Virus record (IMG/VR): IMGVR_UViG_3300050821_002494
Span: 5,247-69,246 of that record
Strand: one strand, 5' to 3'
Length of the DNA stretch: 64,000 bases
From: a virus
The translations under genes were made by a program, and so were the position numbers. Every line of letters starts with the position of its first letter. The first letter of the stretch is position 1. Below are positions 1 to 9,738 of the stretch, one piece after another. Below the pieces are notes generated by a model. That model had not been told where the DNA came from, searched no databases, and was given only the letters and a program-made list of their open reading frames with translations.

Positions 1-1648
1 GCGTCGAGCTAGCAAACAGAGACGACAGGCGGTTCGCGTTGGCAGACGTGCCGAGCGTGTCCATGCCCGCGAGCACGACGCCACGAAGATCGGGGACGGT
101 GATGGTCTTGTTGGCAGCGAAGTCAGCGGCAGCCGACGCGCCTCGGCCGCCCGATACGGTAGCCTGCGCGTTGGCGTAGTTGTTCCACAGCGCCGTGAAT
201 AGATTGACGGTGTCTGCGGCGGCGCGGAGTGTAGCGACAGATGCGGCGTTGCCGATAGTCAGGCCGTTGGAGAGCACCCAGCCGGGCTTCGATGAAGCGA
301 TGGAGTACTTGATGTCGCCGGGCTGGTCGCCGCCGTTGATGGACGGCACTAGGCCGTTGGCATCGAGCTGCAGCATGAGGCTGGCGTCCGCGAGGCCGAC
401 GCCAGCAGACTTGTTAACCGGCGCGGAGGTGCCGAGTGCGGCCGTGGTGACGGTCGTCAGTCGGCCGAAGGCATCGACCGTGATGACCGGGACGGCGGCG
501 TTTGAGCCATAGGTGCCGGCAGTAACACCCGGATTTGACAGCTCGACAGAGCCCGTCGTGGTAAGTGTGAATGGGCCACCAGCGAAATTGGCAGAGAAGT
601 TGATCGAGGTGACGGTACCGACTGCGCCAGAGAACGCAACGGCGACGTTAGAGCCGTTGCTGCGTAGGATAGAGAACGAGCCCTGCGGCACCGATACGCC
701 GGGGTCGCTGCCGTTGGTCTGGAAGCTCAGTGAGAAGGCGCCGCTCGTGTTGTTGCGCACGAACCAGTAGCCGACGCCTGTGCCGAGCTGAACCATCACG
801 TTGTTGACGAGCAGGCCGGAGTAGTCCTGAACCTGCGCGGCGATCTGGATGGACGACAGCGGGAACGGCGTCGCTGCACCAGTCATGTTGATGGTGGTTC
901 CAGTCACGGTGCTGACCACCGCGCGGCCGTAGCCGAGAGACCAGAAGTTGGTGCCGTCACTGAAGATGACGGCGCTCTCGGTGGGGTTCAGTATCTTGGT
1001 GGCGTTGTTGTCGATGAGCGCGCCGCCCGACGGCGTCCACGTCAGCGTGCCGGTGCCCTGATTGATGACGTACACGAACCAGCCGTTGCCCAGCGTAGCT
1101 GGCGCAGCGGGCGTGAACACCGTGGCGCCACCCTCTTCGAGCAGCACCTTAGCTCGGTCGGCGGGGCCCGGCGAGTAGTTGGAGATCAGGGTGACCGTCT
1201 GTAGGCTCTGGTTGAGCTGAGTGACGATGGCTTGCAGGCCCGCGCCGGCAAGCGCGGCGGCGTTGGCGTTAGAGACACCCGCACCGAACTGAACGCCTGC
1301 CCAGACGCCGGCCGCCGAGGTGTTGATCAGCAGCCAGAAGTACCACGCCTGCCCAGATGCGACGGTGCCGATGACGTTGCCGGCGTTGTCGGTGACCATG
1401 TAGGTATTGGCTCCGGTGTTACGGAAGAGAACGTCCTGACCCACTGAGACCTGTGTGGCGTCGGGCAACGCGACCTGCAGGTTGGTCGACTGCGCGAAGA
1501 CGTCAATCTTCGATGCGGCGGGGTTGGAGCCCGGCGGCGCATTCATCGGCCACGTCAACGCGAGGTTGGCGTTGATGGTGTAGCTAACGTAGCTCAGCTG
1601 AGCGGGATCGATGGTCAAGCCACCGAAGAGTTCATTAAAGTTGGTCAT
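1..1648 (-). CDS. Tail fibre / tail protein with tail-collar-like domain, truncated by left window edge (absent from ORF track)
   Basis: ATG at 1648 overlaps TAA of upstream gene (TAATG); open frame MTNFNELFGG... to edge; Thr/Gly/Ala-rich; PGDIKYS..GWVLSNG..LFTALW..VPDLRG collar signature. Confidence 0.85.
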   Translation of the reverse strand, partial: MTNFNELFGGLTIDPAQLSYVSYTINANLALTWPMNAPPGSNPAASKIDVFAQSTNLQVALPDATQVSVGQDVLFRNTGANTYMVTDNAGNVIGTVASGQAWYFWLLINTSAAGVWAGVQFGAGVSNANAAALAGAGLQAIVTQLNQSLQTVTLISNYSPGPADRAKVLLEEGGATVFTPAAPATLGNGWFVYVINQGTGTLTWTPSGGALIDNNATKILNPTESAVIFSDGTNFWSLGYGRAVVSTVTGTTINMTGAATPFPLSSIQIAAQVQDYSGLLVNNVMVQLGTGVGYWFVRNNTSGAFSLSFQTNGSDPGVSVPQGSFSILRSNGSNVAVAFSGAVGTVTSINFSANFAGGPFTLTTTGSVELSNPGVTAGTYGSNAAVPVITVDAFGRLTTVTTAALGTSAPVNKSAGVGLADASLMLQLDANGLVPSINGGDQPGDIKYSIASSKPGWVLSNGLTIGNAASVATLRAAADTVNLFTALWNNYANAQATVSGGRGASAAADFAANKTITVPDLRGVVLAGMDTLGTSANANRLSSLFASST

Positions 1649-2319
1649 TACTGGCTCGTCCTAGTCTGCGTCCGGTCGACGATCTTCGCGATCTCCTCGG
1701 CGTTGAGTGCATTCAGCTCCTGATCGAGCAGGAACTTCCACGTCGGGATACGACTGTCGTCCTTCAAGAACGGTGCGAGATAGAGGAGGCACTGGAAGAG
1801 CAGCGCGTTGGGGATGAAGTCGGTGAGGTAGTTCGTCTGCACGCTCGCAGACAGCACGTTGGGGAGACGATAGCACGTCAGCTCGAAGGGGTAGGCTTGG
1901 TCCGGGGTCTGAGCGACGAGGAAGTTGTTGAGGTCGTAGTCGGTATAGAGCGTCGGCAGACCTACGACGGAGACGTCAGGATAGACCTGATTGATCAGCT
2001 CGAAGGAGCGCATGCGCAGGAGGTTGCGCACCGGGAATGTGCCGGTGCTAGGCTGCGTGGTGTAGTTGGAACGAACGACGAAGGTGATGGTGTTGCGCCA
2101 GCCCGTCGGCTTGACCAGCGTGCGATTGTTAGGCGTCAGCTGACCGACAACGACGTCGCGGTAGCCCTGTATCTTCAGGCGATTGGCGAGCGAGAGCTGC
2201 GCCTGCGTGATGATCTGCGGGATTTGCTGCGCCAAGATCGTGTTGCTGACTGAGGACTGCTCGGAGTACTGCTGCAAGTCCTGAACCAGCGAACTGTAGG
2301 TCATACCATTCGCGGTCAT
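1648..2319 (-). CDS. Head-tail adaptor / tail tubular-like protein
   Basis: MTYSSLVQDLQQY start, PDQAYPFELTCY, TNYLTDFIPNALL; position between capsid and tail genes. Confidence 0.65.
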   Translation of the reverse strand: MTANGMTYSSLVQDLQQYSEQSSVSNTILAQQIPQIITQAQLSLANRLKIQGYRDVVVGQLTPNNRTLVKPTGWRNTITFVVRSNYTTQPSTGTFPVRNLLRMRSFELINQVYPDVSVVGLPTLYTDYDLNNFLVAQTPDQAYPFELTCYRLPNVLSASVQTNYLTDFIPNALLFQCLLYLAPFLKDDSRIPTWKFLLDQELNALNAEEIAKIVDRTQTRTSQ

Positions 2320-2321
2320 GT

Positions 2322-2678
2322 CTAGCTCGGTGGATCGTCAGGAGGGAAGGGCTCGCTCGGATCAGGCGTCACCAGCCAGTCGGGCTCGGGTACGAGGCCG
2401 TCATTGAGCGGAGTGTCGGGTCGCACGAACGGGAGGTTTATGACGTCGGCCTGACGCGCAGGCATGCGATAGGGATCGAAGTCGTCGCGGTCGGCCTCGC
2501 ACACCATCAGGCCCGGTATGTTGGGGTCCGGCTTCAGCATATTCAGCGGGAACTTAAAGCTGCAGCGGCCACAGATACCGATGCCCAGCGTCTGGTTCCC
2601 AGTCGTATCGAGGAAGCGTCCACTCGGGCGATCAGTGCGGCCGCCGCCGTGGGGCTTAGAGGTCCAGTCATTAACCAT
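2322..2678 (-). CDS. Small Zn-ribbon-like virion-module protein
   Basis: ICGRC...VCEADRD motif, Pro-rich tail, in operon. Confidence 0.6.
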   Translation of the reverse strand: MVNDWTSKPHGGGRTDRPSGRFLDTTGNQTLGIGICGRCSFKFPLNMLKPDPNIPGLMVCEADRDDFDPYRMPARQADVINLPFVRPDTPLNDGLVPEPDWLVTPDPSEPFPPDDPPS

Positions 2679-2686
2679 AGCAATTC

Positions 2687-3760
2687 CTATGCGGTGTAGT
2701 AGCGAACACCGAGATCGTAATTTACCGGCGCGATGTCTCGCTCCTCACTCTCAGCCAACCATACGGCCTCCTTCTCTTCGTTGACCAGCGTCTCGTAGCG
2801 CGAGAAGTCGGCCTCCTTGGGGAGGGAGCGGCATAGGCGCCGCGCAAGCATCGCAGTCAGGGCGTCGAACCAGCGCTGAGGCACCGGCAGGCCCTGCGTA
2901 AGCTGCGTCACCTGATCGAGGTACTCCGTAGTCCACACCACGAGCGTATCATATCTCGCGGTCATGTCGGGAGTGGGCCACACGTAGAGCACGCTCGCTG
3001 AGATGTTGCGCTGCTGGTAGTAGTTGACTACCTGACCCGTCGCGAACTTGTTGGGCATGTTGCTGTAGTCGTCGAGGTTCCACGAGCCGAGGTAGATTTC
3101 ATTGGGGTTGTTGCCGAAGAACAGCTCCTCGACCGAGAACGGCACGGTGCCGGAGGAGCGGACGCGCCAATAGAGCGCGCCAGACACCGGAGTACCTTGC
3201 ATATCGAACCACTCCCACTCGCCTGCCTGATCAAAAGTGACAGTAGCTGAGGAGACGGTCGTCCATGTGATGTTGTCATTGGAGTACTCGAAGAAGACGC
3301 CGAAGGAGCCGGCGCCGCCAGAGAGGATGCCTATCTGGGTGCAGACGGTAGCGGTCGCGCACTGGATGCCAATCGCGCCGTTGGGTGCCGTCTGAGTGCA
3401 GATGGTGGCGAAGTTGTCGTCAGTCGCGTTCGCGGCGACGCCGCCGCTGTCAGAGAAGGCGGTGCCGGCAATGCGGCTGAGAGAACGACGATTGAGCGTG
3501 GTGACGAGATTGGTTCCGGCCGGCAGCTGTATCTGATTGACCATCAGGTAGCACGGCAGGATCAGCTGCTGCCGCTTCCACAGCTGGATGCCACGGTTCA
3601 GCAGCTGCGTCAGCGTTAGGTTGAGCTGATCGAGGAACTTGAAGACGACCTCGCCCGTGATCTTCTCGGGCGAGATGCCGGCGCGGCCACAGGCCTCCTC
3701 AAGTAGATTGAGTGCGGTGTAGGGGAGCAGAGCCCCGGTATTCGATCCTGAGAGCGACAT
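2687..3760 (-). CDS. Adaptor/tail tubular protein with inserted beta-sandwich (carbohydrate-binding-like) domain
   Basis: Helical N-term LEEACGRAG..NRGIQLW and C-term LYVWPTPD..RWFDAL flank a segment with EYSNDNITW..YWRVR. Confidence 0.6.
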   Translation of the reverse strand: MSLSGSNTGALLPYTALNLLEEACGRAGISPEKITGEVVFKFLDQLNLTLTQLLNRGIQLWKRQQLILPCYLMVNQIQLPAGTNLVTTLNRRSLSRIAGTAFSDSGGVAANATDDNFATICTQTAPNGAIGIQCATATVCTQIGILSGGAGSFGVFFEYSNDNITWTTVSSATVTFDQAGEWEWFDMQGTPVSGALYWRVRSSGTVPFSVEELFFGNNPNEIYLGSWNLDDYSNMPNKFATGQVVNYYQQRNISASVLYVWPTPDMTARYDTLVVWTTEYLDQVTQLTQGLPVPQRWFDALTAMLARRLCRSLPKEADFSRYETLVNEEKEAVWLAESEERDIAPVNYDLGVRYYTA

Positions 3761-3775
3761 CGCGATGCCCCTCCC

Positions 3776-4090
3776 TTAGAGCACACCCTGTACTGTAGCC
3801 AACCCGGTCGTGCCGGTCTTCGTCACCTGAATGAACGGCCACGGGATAGTCCATGTGACCTGACCGGGCGCGGTGAGCGCGGCGCCGATGGGCACGAAGG
3901 TGATGTTGTCGATTGAGCCGCTGACCTGAATGCTGTCGGCGGCGTTCACCACCAGCACCTGCACGAAGCGGGTCTGGGTCTGAACGTCGTTGCGGAAGTC
4001 GGTGGGGAACACTACGCTCCCCGCCGCCGTCTGGTTCATGAGGCCCGGTGTGCCGGTTGCGACGTCGGGCCGTGGCTTGAGGACGCCCAT
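3776..4090 (-). CDS. Small virion structural protein
   Basis: GGAGG RBS, beta-rich 104 aa, in structural operon. Confidence 0.6.
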   Translation of the reverse strand: MGVLKPRPDVATGTPGLMNQTAAGSVVFPTDFRNDVQTQTRFVQVLVVNAADSIQVSGSIDNITFVPIGAALTAPGQVTWTIPWPFIQVTKTGTTGLATVQGVL

Positions 4091-4102
4091 GGCGAGCCTC
4101 CC

Positions 4103-4867
4103 TTAACCGATGGTCTGGTTATTCGTGAACGGTGACTGCCTGACCTTCGAGACGAAGAAGTAATCCACGATCAAAGTGTGAGCGGCGGCGCTCGCGTTGA
4201 GCAACGCGATGGTCATCGTCAGCGGGTTGGTTGAGGTGCCGGCAGACTGCGCGGCAGTCAGCGAGCCCTGATAGTTGGCGTTGACCCACGCGCGCCAGAT
4301 GCCATCGACGGCGGTGTAGGCGAGGACGCAATCGTACTGCGTCGCGGCCACAACCGCACCGAGGTTGGTGCACGGGATCGTCACGGTCGTGCCGCCCGAC
4401 TTGAACTGAGCCACGAGGGCGGTGCCGCCCGAGGCCTTGTAGAAGCCGACGCTGTCGAGGAAGGTGAACGGGGTCGCCGTTACCTGTTCGAGACCGAGGA
4501 AGACGCTGGAGTTCGTGGCGTCGTCCACATTGAAAGTGAACTGCAGGAACATATCGAACGACGCACCCCACGCCCACGTAGTAACGGAGGCGCCTGAGCC
4601 GCCCGCCCACTGCATGTAGGAGAAGTCGGTCGCGCCCGCGCCCGCGTTGTTGAGCTTGAGCAGCCCGCCGTCACCCGAGACGATGACAGGAGCAGACGAG
4701 CCGGCGCTCTTGGTGACGGTGAAGTCACCCGAGATCAGGTCGTCGAAGTCATTCCAGTAGTCGTGATAGCGGAAGGGGCGGTAGCCGGCGTAGTCGCCGA
4801 GCGGCCCGACCTCTTGGCTGTCAGACTGACCGTTAGGAATGCGAGTTACGAAACGATTGGCGGTCAT
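4103..4867 (-). CDS. Probable capsid decoration / lectin-fold virion protein
   Basis: Directly downstream of capsid gene; beta-rich, YWNDFD and IVDYFFV motifs. Confidence 0.55.
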   Translation of the reverse strand: MTANRFVTRIPNGQSDSQEVGPLGDYAGYRPFRYHDYWNDFDDLISGDFTVTKSAGSSAPVIVSGDGGLLKLNNAGAGATDFSYMQWAGGSGASVTTWAWGASFDMFLQFTFNVDDATNSSVFLGLEQVTATPFTFLDSVGFYKASGGTALVAQFKSGGTTVTIPCTNLGAVVAATQYDCVLAYTAVDGIWRAWVNANYQGSLTAAQSAGTSTNPLTMTIALLNASAAAHTLIVDYFFVSKVRQSPFTNNQTIG

Positions 4868-4891
4868 GATGAACCTTCGTATAAAAGTGGT

Positions 4892-4936
4892 GAGGGAGAG
4901 AGCCGTTAGGCTCCGGGACTTCCGGCTCTCTCCCTC
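4892..4936 (-). terminator. Stem-loop after capsid gene (terminator/attenuator)
   Basis: 14-bp perfect inverted repeat GAGGGAGAGAGCCG / CGGCTCTCTCCCTC; T-run shortly downstream on minus strand. Confidence 0.6.
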
Positions 4937-4963
4937 GGGACCTCACTTACGCGAGGCTATTCA

Positions 4964-5878
4964 TTACGCGCCGGGCGTGCCGTAGAGAGCACGGAAGTTC
5001 GTCCAAGACGTATCCCAACGCGAGGTCACCTTGTACCTCATGCTGTCCGTCTCGAAGTCGCCTTCCATGGACTTCTCGGCCATGCGACGGGTCACGAACT
5101 GGAGACCCATGCGCTCGTCGGTGACGATCCACCAAGCGGTGGTAGACGTCAGTCGAGTGATGACCGTATAACCCTTCGGCAGGATTTTCGTGCTCATCAC
5201 GGGGTTGATGTCGTTGTTCGCCTGACCAGTACGAAGCGCGGACTTGGTGATCACCTCGGCTTGGAATTCGTTGTCCGGGGAGACCACGAGGCCCTGCGGC
5301 GAGATACGCACCTTCTTCGTGTCGTTGTCCTGAGCCTTGCGGATTTGGATCAGCAAGTTCTCGACAGACGTCTGCGAGAGTGCAGCGTTCGTCGGCAGAA
5401 TGTTGGAGACCGTGCCACCCGAGATCGGATGCGCAGAGTTCACCATCGAGACGCCGTCGCCACCCGGGAACGAACCCGAGAAGCTGTTGTTCAGCACGTT
5501 CGCCGTAGCGGTCTCTTCCGTCTCGATCATCGCCTGACCGAGCTGCTCGGCGAAAATCTTGCCGAGATTGATATGATCACCGTCCTCGACCAACACCTTC
5601 GTCAGAGCGAAGGCGCAGCCATAGACGCGGAAGACGTAGCGCTTGTCGAACAGGACGCCACCCGACTTGTAGGTGACCGGCATTCCGTCCGGCATAACCG
5701 GCGCGGCGCCGAGACCGAACAGCACGGGCTCGTCATGGTAGGCTCTCTTGATACCGGGCTTCACGCGGAAAATCTGTCGATACTCGTCCTTACGAATATC
5801 GTAGACGCCGTTGAAGTGCTGGTTCAAAATTGGTTCCACGATCACGCGGAACTGGGTGGAATTCATCGGGGCAGCCAT
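4964..5878 (-). CDS. Major capsid protein (Mu gpT-like, HK97 fold)
   Basis: 304 aa; GGDGVSM..HP, LVVSP, C-terminal DFETDSMRYK..R..S..FRALYGTPGA pattern typical of this capsid class. Confidence 0.88.
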   Translation of the reverse strand: MAAPMNSTQFRVIVEPILNQHFNGVYDIRKDEYRQIFRVKPGIKRAYHDEPVLFGLGAAPVMPDGMPVTYKSGGVLFDKRYVFRVYGCAFALTKVLVEDGDHINLGKIFAEQLGQAMIETEETATANVLNNSFSGSFPGGDGVSMVNSAHPISGGTVSNILPTNAALSQTSVENLLIQIRKAQDNDTKKVRISPQGLVVSPDNEFQAEVITKSALRTGQANNDINPVMSTKILPKGYTVITRLTSTTAWWIVTDERMGLQFVTRRMAEKSMEGDFETDSMRYKVTSRWDTSWTNFRALYGTPGA

Positions 5879-5908
5879 TTTACATACTCCTCAAAAAGCA
5901 GCCGCCGA

Positions 5909-6484
5909 CTAGGCGATCTGGCCCTGATAGGTCGATATTGCGACGCGCAGCTCAGTGAAGGCGTCGCCCCACTGGTTGAAGTCGTAGGGCGCGCGGTCCT
6001 GCACGATGAAGGTGGCGGCGCTGGCGCCGGTCACAGTCGCGTTGAGGGCCTGCGTGGAGATGCCGTTGGTGCTGGTGTTGCCAGTAACCGAGCCGACGAG
6101 GTTGACGCCCTGACCGACGGCGGTAGCAGCGACCGAACCGTTAGCCTGAGCCTCGAAGATCATGCCCTTGTCGTAGTTGTAGTAGGCTCGCATCGGACCG
6201 AGGGCGTCATACGTCTGACCCGAGGGCCAATACGGCAGGACGAAGTAGCGGCCGGCGCTGGAGAACATGCAGCCAGCGAAGACGCCGATGCAGACGTCCG
6301 CGCCCGCGACGCACGCAATCAGCGTGCCGGGGTTCGTGGTGCCGTCAAACTTGACGGGGGTCTGCGTAAAGAGAGAGCTGGAAGACATGCCGGAGGCGAC
6401 GCCGTTGAGCAGCTCGACCTGACGGATGGTGCCCGACGGATGGGCAACGGGGCGAAGCCCGTATGGATTGAGCGTAGCAGTCAC
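5909..6484 (-). CDS. Capsid cement/auxiliary head protein
   Basis: GTG start with AGGAG RBS; PYGLRPV, GVFAGC, YWPSG, FEAQA motifs; immediately upstream of capsid gene. Confidence 0.65.
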   Translation of the reverse strand: MTATLNPYGLRPVAHPSGTIRQVELLNGVASGMSSSSLFTQTPVKFDGTTNPGTLIACVAGADVCIGVFAGCMFSSAGRYFVLPYWPSGQTYDALGPMRAYYNYDKGMIFEAQANGSVAATAVGQGVNLVGSVTGNTSTNGISTQALNATVTGASAATFIVQDRAPYDFNQWGDAFTELRVAISTYQGQIA

Positions 6485-6637
6485 TGTGGTAACTCCTAGG
6501 AATGGGATTGAGAAGACGAAACACCAACCGAGCGCGCACGCTCAGCTTGCCTGTTCCAGCTACCAACCTGCCTAGAGTTACACCGCCTTACCGGAGGGCG
6601 ACGCCTACACTACTCAGTGAGCCCGAATACTAGCTAC

Positions 6638-6654
6638 CATTAATCGTTGCATAT
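6638..6654 (-). promoter_or_regulatory. Putative late promoter/regulator site ATATGCAACGATTAATG
   Basis: 16/17 identical to 10315-10331; both intergenic, upstream of head operons. Confidence 0.55.
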
Positions 6655-6667
6655 GTCGGCGGACAAA

Positions 6668-6706
6668 GTAAAGGCCCCGGGTCTTTCACACCTACGGGGC
6701 CTTTAC
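6668..6706 (-). terminator. Intrinsic terminator after scaffold operon
   Basis: 12-bp inverted repeat GTAAAGGCCCCG / CGGGGCCTTTAC, T-rich 3' side on minus strand. Confidence 0.65.
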
Positions 6707-6765
6707 TGACGGAGACGACGCGCTATTGTCCGGGGCGCTCGGCCGAAGCCTTTTTACTCCGCCTA

Positions 6766-7392
6766 CTACTCGAATTGCTTCGGCTGTCGCCTGAACTTCT
6801 GCATTTCCTTGAAGCCGTCGCCGACCATCATCCGGCCACCCTGATCCATCGCGCGCTCTCGCAGCTCGGCCAGCGGCTCGTAGATGTCGCGGGCCATGTC
6901 GCGCGGCATGTCGTGATGGAACTCACGCATATAGTCTTGGTAGTACTCCTCGGGGCACTCCATGCCGATCATCTCGCGCCAGCGCACGGCGCCGTCGAGA
7001 GAGCCGGCGTCCTTAACAGACGACGCCTCGGGGGCCCAACCGGCACCCTCGGCCACCAGCTGTTCGAGCTTCAGGATGCTGAAGCCCAGCGCGAGGCGGC
7101 GAGCGGGGGTGTCGGTCGGGTGGGAGGTGCTCACCCAGCAGCGATGGAAGCCCTCCCTCTTCGGGAGGTTGGGGAGGTGGGACTGCGCCCACTTCTCGCG
7201 GAAGGCACGCCTGCGGGCGCTGTCAGTCGGGGCGTTGGCGTTCTCCCAGTCGCGGTTCGAGTACTCGCGGCTGTTATAGCGCGAGCCGCGATCTTCGTAT
7301 TCGTCGTCGCGGTCGCGGCGGTTGAGGCGCTCGTCTTGCTCCTCCGCGCCCTCGGCCGTCATGTCGTCGTCCAGCTTGCGTCTGACCATCAT
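6766..7392 (-). CDS. Conserved head-module protein of unknown function
   Basis: LPNLP..GFHRCWVST motif; between scaffold and capsid operon. Confidence 0.7.
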   Translation of the reverse strand: MMVRRKLDDDMTAEGAEEQDERLNRRDRDDEYEDRGSRYNSREYSNRDWENANAPTDSARRRAFREKWAQSHLPNLPKREGFHRCWVSTSHPTDTPARRLALGFSILKLEQLVAEGAGWAPEASSVKDAGSLDGAVRWREMIGMECPEEYYQDYMREFHHDMPRDMARDIYEPLAELRERAMDQGGRMMVGDGFKEMQKFRRQPKQFE

Positions 7393-7398
7393 TAACTC

Positions 7399-8601
7399 CT
7401 ACAGCTTGCCTTCGGCGCGGGCTTTCTTGAGGCCCTTCCGCCATGTGTTGATGTAGCCCTGCCGCTCCTTCAGCTGGTCCTCATTGAGGCCATCCTTCTC
7501 AAGCAAGCCGAGGGCGTCGAGAGTTTCCTTCGCCAGAGGCGGGAGGTCACGGTCGCCTGCGTTGTTGCCGCCACGATTGCCACCCGAGCCTCTGCGGCTG
7601 CGGGGAGGCAGGCCACCAGAGCGGCGCTGCGGCGCGACGCGGCGCGGTGCGGGCTCGTCGTTATCGTCATCGTTGTGGTCGTAACTCACTTCGGCACCCA
7701 ATCCTCTAGCGCGCACGCGGCTCTCAAGCTCGACCCAGTAGCGCTTGGTGCGGGGGTTGTAGCCTTCATTTACCAGCGTGTCGTCGATGGCCTTGACCAT
7801 CTGGCTGTCCTCGTCGGTGTTATCCTTCGGATCGAACCAGTCGTGGCGCTTCATGAAGATGCGGCTATATCGCTCGGCGTCGGGATCGACGTCGACTACG
7901 CCTTGGCGCTGCTGGCGCTGTTGTGTCTGCTGGCCCTGTGGTACCTGCTGCGCGACCACTTCGAGGCGACGACGCTCTGCCCCCAATAGTGCGAGGCGCG
8001 CGTTGGCCTCGTCGCGGAGCTTCAGGGCCTTGCGCATCAATGCGCCGTTCTGCTCCGTCATAGCGCGCTCTACGGCACCATCGATGGTCTCAAGCTGGCC
8101 TTGGATGCCTGCGATCTGGGCGTCGATGTCTCCGGCATGGAGGCCAAGCTGGGCGCGACCCATGTCAGTGACTGCGCCCTCCAGCTGACGGATGCGTGCC
8201 TCCTGCTGCTGGATAACGGCCGCGCTTTGGCTGCGGGCCTCCCGGCGGGCGCGGTTGCGGCGCGCCCGGCGCGAGCCGCGCGGGGCGTCGTAGTCGTCGT
8301 CCTCGTCGTCATCATAAGCAACACGGGCCTCGATCTCGTCGTCTACGTCGCCGTCCTCGTCGTCGACCTTGCCGCCGCGAGCCTTATTGCGGCGAGCCTC
8401 GTCGCGGGCGGCCTGCTCGCGGGCGATGCGGTTGTCGTCGCCCTCATCGAAGTCGTCGTCATCCGTCAGGGTGTCGTCGTTCGAGAGGTCGGTGTCCTTG
8501 ACCAATGTGCCGTCGGCGTTGAAGTCGCCAGCCTTCTTGGAGGTCTTGTCGTCTGTACCGAAGTCGTCGTCTTCGACTTCGCGTTCGCGCTGGCGGGCCA
8601 T
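7399..8601 (-). CDS. Capsid scaffolding protein
   Basis: Acidic N-term, coiled coil, HDWF..GYNP..YWVELE, position upstream of capsid. Confidence 0.7.
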   Translation of the reverse strand: MARQREREVEDDDFGTDDKTSKKAGDFNADGTLVKDTDLSNDDTLTDDDDFDEGDDNRIAREQAARDEARRNKARGGKVDDEDGDVDDEIEARVAYDDDEDDDYDAPRGSRRARRNRARREARSQSAAVIQQQEARIRQLEGAVTDMGRAQLGLHAGDIDAQIAGIQGQLETIDGAVERAMTEQNGALMRKALKLRDEANARLALLGAERRRLEVVAQQVPQGQQTQQRQQRQGVVDVDPDAERYSRIFMKRHDWFDPKDNTDEDSQMVKAIDDTLVNEGYNPRTKRYWVELESRVRARGLGAEVSYDHNDDDNDEPAPRRVAPQRRSGGLPPRSRRGSGGNRGGNNAGDRDLPPLAKETLDALGLLEKDGLNEDQLKERQGYINTWRKGLKKARAEGKL

Positions 8602-8611
8602 CGGCTACTCC

Positions 8612-9079
8612 TTACGAGGTCTTGATAGTGAGCGGATCGCCGACCACGGGGGCCACGGCGTCTGCGTCTTTGATGAACATGAAGGTGACCTTCTGGCCGC
8701 CGACACCAAGCTCGATGTCGAAGCGGTCGCCGCCATACATCGGGCAGCGGATGAAGTCGCCGGGCTTGTACCACGCGCCCTCGGACCACGGCTTGCCGTT
8801 CTGGCGGTCGTGGAAGGCCATCGGTGCGCAGGCTCGCACGAGGGCGGACTGGGTGCGGTACTGCTCGATGTCCTTCACGTCGTCGGGCATGAAGAAGCTG
8901 CCGACCTTGTCGCGTGGCATGCGGAGCTGCAGGAGCGCGAGGTAGCCGAAGGGCACGCCATACGGGAGCGGCACGTCGGGGAAGGCCTGCTTCATCTCTG
9001 CGGTGTAGCGGTCGCCGAGAACTTCGGCGACAGTCGGCACGAGCTTAAAGGACGTAGCCGGCGTCTTTGTCTTCGTCAT
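8612..9079 (-). CDS. GroES-like co-chaperonin
   Basis: PFGYLALLQL..GSFFMPD..WYKPGDFI..YGG..FIKDAD; start moved to ATG 9079 with GAGG RBS. Confidence 0.7.
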   Translation of the reverse strand: MTKTKTPATSFKLVPTVAEVLGDRYTAEMKQAFPDVPLPYGVPFGYLALLQLRMPRDKVGSFFMPDDVKDIEQYRTQSALVRACAPMAFHDRQNGKPWSEGAWYKPGDFIRCPMYGGDRFDIELGVGGQKVTFMFIKDADAVAPVVGDPLTIKTS

Positions 9080-9305
9080 TGGTGTTCCTCTTCTCTCGGA
9101 GCGATAGGGACAGGTCGTCCCCATCAGAAGTGTCACGTTGATTTACTGCGTCGTTGAAACGCTCGACCATCTCGTTGATGGCCTTCATCTGACCGTGGAG
9201 TGTGCCGAAGCCAAACTCGGTCGGATTGCCGGGCGAGGCGAGGCCATCGATAGTCTCAGCTCGTAATGCGTCCAAGATAGCGAGGACGAGTTCTAAGGGG
9301 ATCAA
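9045..9305 (-). CDS. Small helical head-module protein
   Basis: ORF track; in operon upstream of GroES-like gene. Confidence 0.55.
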   Translation of the reverse strand: MIPLELVLAILDALRAETIDGLASPGNPTEFGFGTLHGQMKAINEMVERFNDAVNQRDTSDGDDLSLSLREKRNTNDEDKDAGYVL

Positions 9306-9329
9306 GGGTTTCGGAGCCTTTGAGGGGTT

Positions 9330-9515
9330 TTAGCGGTTAGAGCCGCGCGAGAGGTCCTTCTTGCTGCCGCCGATGCGGCGCTCGGATCGGCTTTGCTCAA
9401 GGCTCTCGCCAGTCGCGAGCGTCTTGTGCGGATCGACCGGGCCGGCGGGGTACTTGCCGGGGTTCACCTTCGAGCTTGAGAACTTCGCTTCGTTCTTGTT
9501 CTTACGGAAAGTCAT
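9330..9515 (-). CDS. Small basic protein
   Basis: 61 aa Lys/Arg/Ser-rich. Confidence 0.55.
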   Translation of the reverse strand: MTFRKNKNEAKFSSSKVNPGKYPAGPVDPHKTLATGESLEQSRSERRIGGSKKDLSRGSNR

Positions 9516-9526
9516 CGGAGCCTTTC

Positions 9527-9736
9527 TTAGAGTATGCCCTTGCCTTTGAAGCCGCGCTGAGTGTGCTCATCGCCGCCGTAGGGCTTGGACTGCGGACCCG
9601 GATCGGGAACGCGGGTTGCGGTGTCGCGGCCGACGCCGCCCTTGGTTGAGGCCTTCGGCTTCGCGTTATTTCCCACGCCGGATTTGCGGAGTTCCGCGCC
9701 GCCGGCCGGGGTCTTGTAGGAGAAGCCCGACGCCAT
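9527..9736 (-). CDS. Small basic Gly-rich protein
   Basis: 69 aa, abuts neighbours. Confidence 0.6.
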   Translation of the reverse strand: MASGFSYKTPAGGAELRKSGVGNNAKPKASTKGGVGRDTATRVPDPGPQSKPYGGDEHTQRGFKGKGIL

Positions 9737-9738
9737 GA

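Noticed and set aside
5261-6499. Long plus-strand ORFs antisense to real genes (also 54908-56278, 44711-45595, 48819-49856, 39328-40332)
   Set aside because: Shadow frames expected in GC-rich DNA; no motifs or RBS, and they overlap well-supported genes
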